A stretch of 64,000 nucleotides of DNA from Tubiluchus corallicola (Eukaryota; Animalia; Priapulida): assembly GCA_030141605.1 (NCBI GenBank), contig JAQGDQ010001051.1, positions 1 through 64,000 of the forward strand, read 5' to 3'. Position numbers and translations under genes: made by a program. Below the pieces are notes generated by a model. The model was not told the DNA's origin, made no database searches, and saw only the letters and a list, made by a program, of their open reading frames with translations. Below, piece after piece: positions 1 through 64,000 of the stretch (position 1 is its first letter; each line of letters opens with the position of its first letter).

Positions 1-2097
1 ATCAGAATCACTGGCTAGTTTTAAAGAGAAAGTGAAACAATCAGAATCACTGGCTAGTTTTAAAGAGAAAGTGAAACAATCAGAATCACTGGCTAGTTTT
101 AAAGAGAAAGTGAAACAATCAGAATCACTGGCTAGTTTTAAAGAGAAAGTGAAACAATCAGAATCACTGGCTAGTTTTAAAGAGAAAGTGAAACAATCAG
201 AATCACTGGCTAGTTTTACAGAGAAAGTGAAACAATCAGAATCACTGGCTAGTTTTAAAGAGAAAGTGAAACAATCAGAATCTGGCTATAAAGAGAAAGT
301 GAAACAATCTAATCACTTGTTAGTTTTAAAGAGAAAGTGAAACGTTTGGCAGAGAAAGTGAAACAATCAGAATCACTGGCTAGTTTTAAAGAGAAAGTGA
401 AACAATCAGAATCACTGGCTAGTTTTAAAGAGAAAGTGAAACAATCAGAATCACTGGCTAGTTTTACAGAGAAAGTGAAACAATCAGAATCACTGGCTAG
501 TTTTAAAGAGAAAGTGAAACAATCAGAATCACTGGCTAGTTTTAAAGAGAAAGTGAAACAATCAGAATCACTGGCTAGTTTTAAAGAGAAAGTGAAACAA
601 TCAGAATCACTGGCTAGTTTTAAAGAGAAAGTGAAACAATCAGAATCACTGGCTATAAGAGAGAAAGTGAAAAACGATCAATCATTAGTTTGAAAGAGAG
701 TGAAACAACGAATCACTGGCTAGTTTTAAAGAGAAAGTGAAACAATCAGAATCACTGCTAGTTTTACAGGTGAACAATCAGAATCATCTAGTTTTAAAGA
801 GAAAGTGAAACAATCAGAATCACTTGGCTAGTTTTAAAGAGAAAGTGAAACAATCAGAATCACTGGCTGTTTTAAAGAGAAAGTGAAACAATCAGAATCA
901 CTGGCTAGTTTTAAAGAGAAAGTGAACAATAGAATCACTGGAGTTTTAAAGAGAAAGTGAAACAATCAGAATCACTGGCTAGTTTTAAAGAGAAAGTGAA
1001 ACAATAAAGAATCACTGGCTAGTTTTAAAGAGAAAGTGAAACAATCAGAATCACTGGCTAGTTTTAAAGAGAAAGTGAAACAATCAGAATCACTGGCTAG
1101 TTTTAAAGAGAAAGTGAAACAATCAGAATCACTGGCTAGTTTTAAAGAGAAAGTGAAACAATCAGAATCACTGGCTAGTTTTAAAGAGAAAGTGAAACAA
1201 TCAGAATCACTGGCTAGTTTTAAAGAGAAAGTGAAACAATCAGAATCACTGGCTAGTTTTAAAGAGAAAGTGAAACAATCAGAATCACTGGCTAGTTTTA
1301 AAGAGAAAGTGAAACAATCAGAATCACTGGCTAGTTTTAAAGAGAAAGTGAAACAATCAGAATCACTGGCTAGTTTTAAAGAGAAAGTGAAACAATCAGA
1401 ATCACTGGCTAGTTTTAAAGAGAAAGTGAAACAATCAGAATCACTGGCTAGTTTTAAAGAGAAAGTGAAACAATCAGAATCACTGGCTAGTTTTAAAGAG
1501 AAAGTGAAACAATCAGAATCACTGGCTAGTTTTACAGAGAAAGTGAAACAATCAGAATCACTGGCTAGTTTTACAGAGAAAGTGAAACAATCAGAATCAC
1601 TGGCTAGTTTTACAGAGAAAGTGAAACAATCAGAATCACTGGCTAGTTTTAAAGAGAAAGTGAAACAATCAGAATCACTGGCTAGTTTTACAGAGAAAGT
1701 GAAACAATCAGAATCACTGGCTAGTTTTACAGAGAAAGTGAAACAATCAGAATCACTGGCTAGTTTTAAAGAGTAAGTGAAACAATCAGAATCACTGGCT
1801 AGTTTTACAGAGAAAGTGAAACAATCAGAATCACTGGCTAGTTTTACAGAGAAAGTGAAACAATCAGAATCACTGGCTAGTTTTAAAGAGAAAGTGAAAC
1901 AATCAGAATCACTGGCTAGTTTTAAAGAGAAAGTGAAACAATCAGAATCACTGGCTAGTTTTACAGAGAAAGTGAAACAATCAGAATCACTGGCTAGTTT
2001 TAAAGAGAAAGTGAAACAATCAGAATCACTGGCTAGTTTTACAGAGAAAGTGAAACAATCAGAATCACTGGCTAGTTTTAAAGAGAAAGTGAAACAA
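1..2097. repeat. 39-bp minisatellite (ATCAGAATCACTGGCTAGTTTTAAAGAGAAAGTGAAACA), more than 50 copies, runs off window
   Basis: Direct inspection; explains the KQSESLASFKEKV ORFs. Confidence 0.97.
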
Positions 2098-2440
2098 TTG
2101 TTGTCACGTGCTTACAGTGAATGGATCAAGCTTTAACTACAGCGCCCCCTATTTTCACTCAATATTATCGGCAATATTCAATATAATGAATCTTTTTCTT
2201 TAGTTCTTTCTTTAATACTTGTACAGAACCAGAGCAGGTGAGGGTAGTACTGTTTGCTTCACAGCCCAGCCCAGTGCGCTCCAGCAACGCGATGTTTAGC
2301 TGCTGTGCGCATGCGGTCATGCAGACATGTCAGAGCCCAGGTAGAAAAAGTACTGTCACTCACACTACGACGTAGAACGTTCATTGAGAATTTCACTAAA
2401 GTTAGTTGAAATAAATAGTAAACAATAAACAAATACGTAC

Positions 2441-63758
<61,318 letters not shown>

Positions 63759-63823
63759 CTGAAATGATTACGGATATTATAATAATCATAATTTCGCTTA
63801 GTCCAAGGATAACACCTTAAGTA

Positions 63824-64000
63824 CAGAGTGAAAATGATAAATTGCAAAAAACTCTGAAACAGGCCGGGGGTTTGGGAGTCCCCCTTGCAGTCAGCAACAA
63901 ATTGCAATTTTGTGACCATAGAGAGCCTCTAACTGTACTTAAAATATCAATTACCTTGTTTCATGCATAATTTAAAATACCCAACTATCAAAGATATAGG
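63824..64000 (+). mobile_element. MITE family C copy (partial, runs off window)
   Basis: Homology to 24341 and 50941. Confidence 0.7.

Noticed and set aside
260-1010. Cluster of degenerate, indel-rich monomers in the 39-bp array
   Set aside because: The scattered single-base deletions look like read or consensus error; cannot be called biological without raw reads.
32-2136. ORFs of (KQSESLASFKEKV)n
   Set aside because: Translation of a 39-bp satellite (a multiple of 3), antisense within a twitchin intron; no gene structure.

Overview
Eukaryotic (animal, probably lophotrochozoan judging by the 5S-like sequence and the twitchin linker) genomic DNA. The whole window lies inside one minus-strand, intron-rich gene for a giant Ig/FnIII muscle protein kinase of the twitchin/UNC-22/projectin family. 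I traced 47 consecutive GT-AG exons with consistent phases, from 63758 down to 2441. They encode Ig-Fn-Fn-Ig-Fn-Fn-Ig-Fn-Fn-Fn-Ig-Fn-Fn-Ig-Fn-Fn-Fn-Ig-Ig-Fn-Fn-Ig-Ig-Fn, the kinase N-terminal linker and the start of the kinase domain. The gene runs off both ends of the window. The introns hold MITEs (hAT-, pogo-, piggyBac-like and unclassified), a 5S-rRNA-headed SINE family, Penelope-type hammerhead/pLTR remnants, LINE fragments and many mini- and microsatellites. The most unusual signal is that at least five tandem duplications or arrays include a real splice site plus exonic bases: about 38 copies of one donor, and 11 copies of one acceptor that read as in-frame 9-nt microexons. A 50-nt piece of one exon is also copied into an intron 30 kb away. 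Coordinates were read by hand and TE boundaries are approximate.
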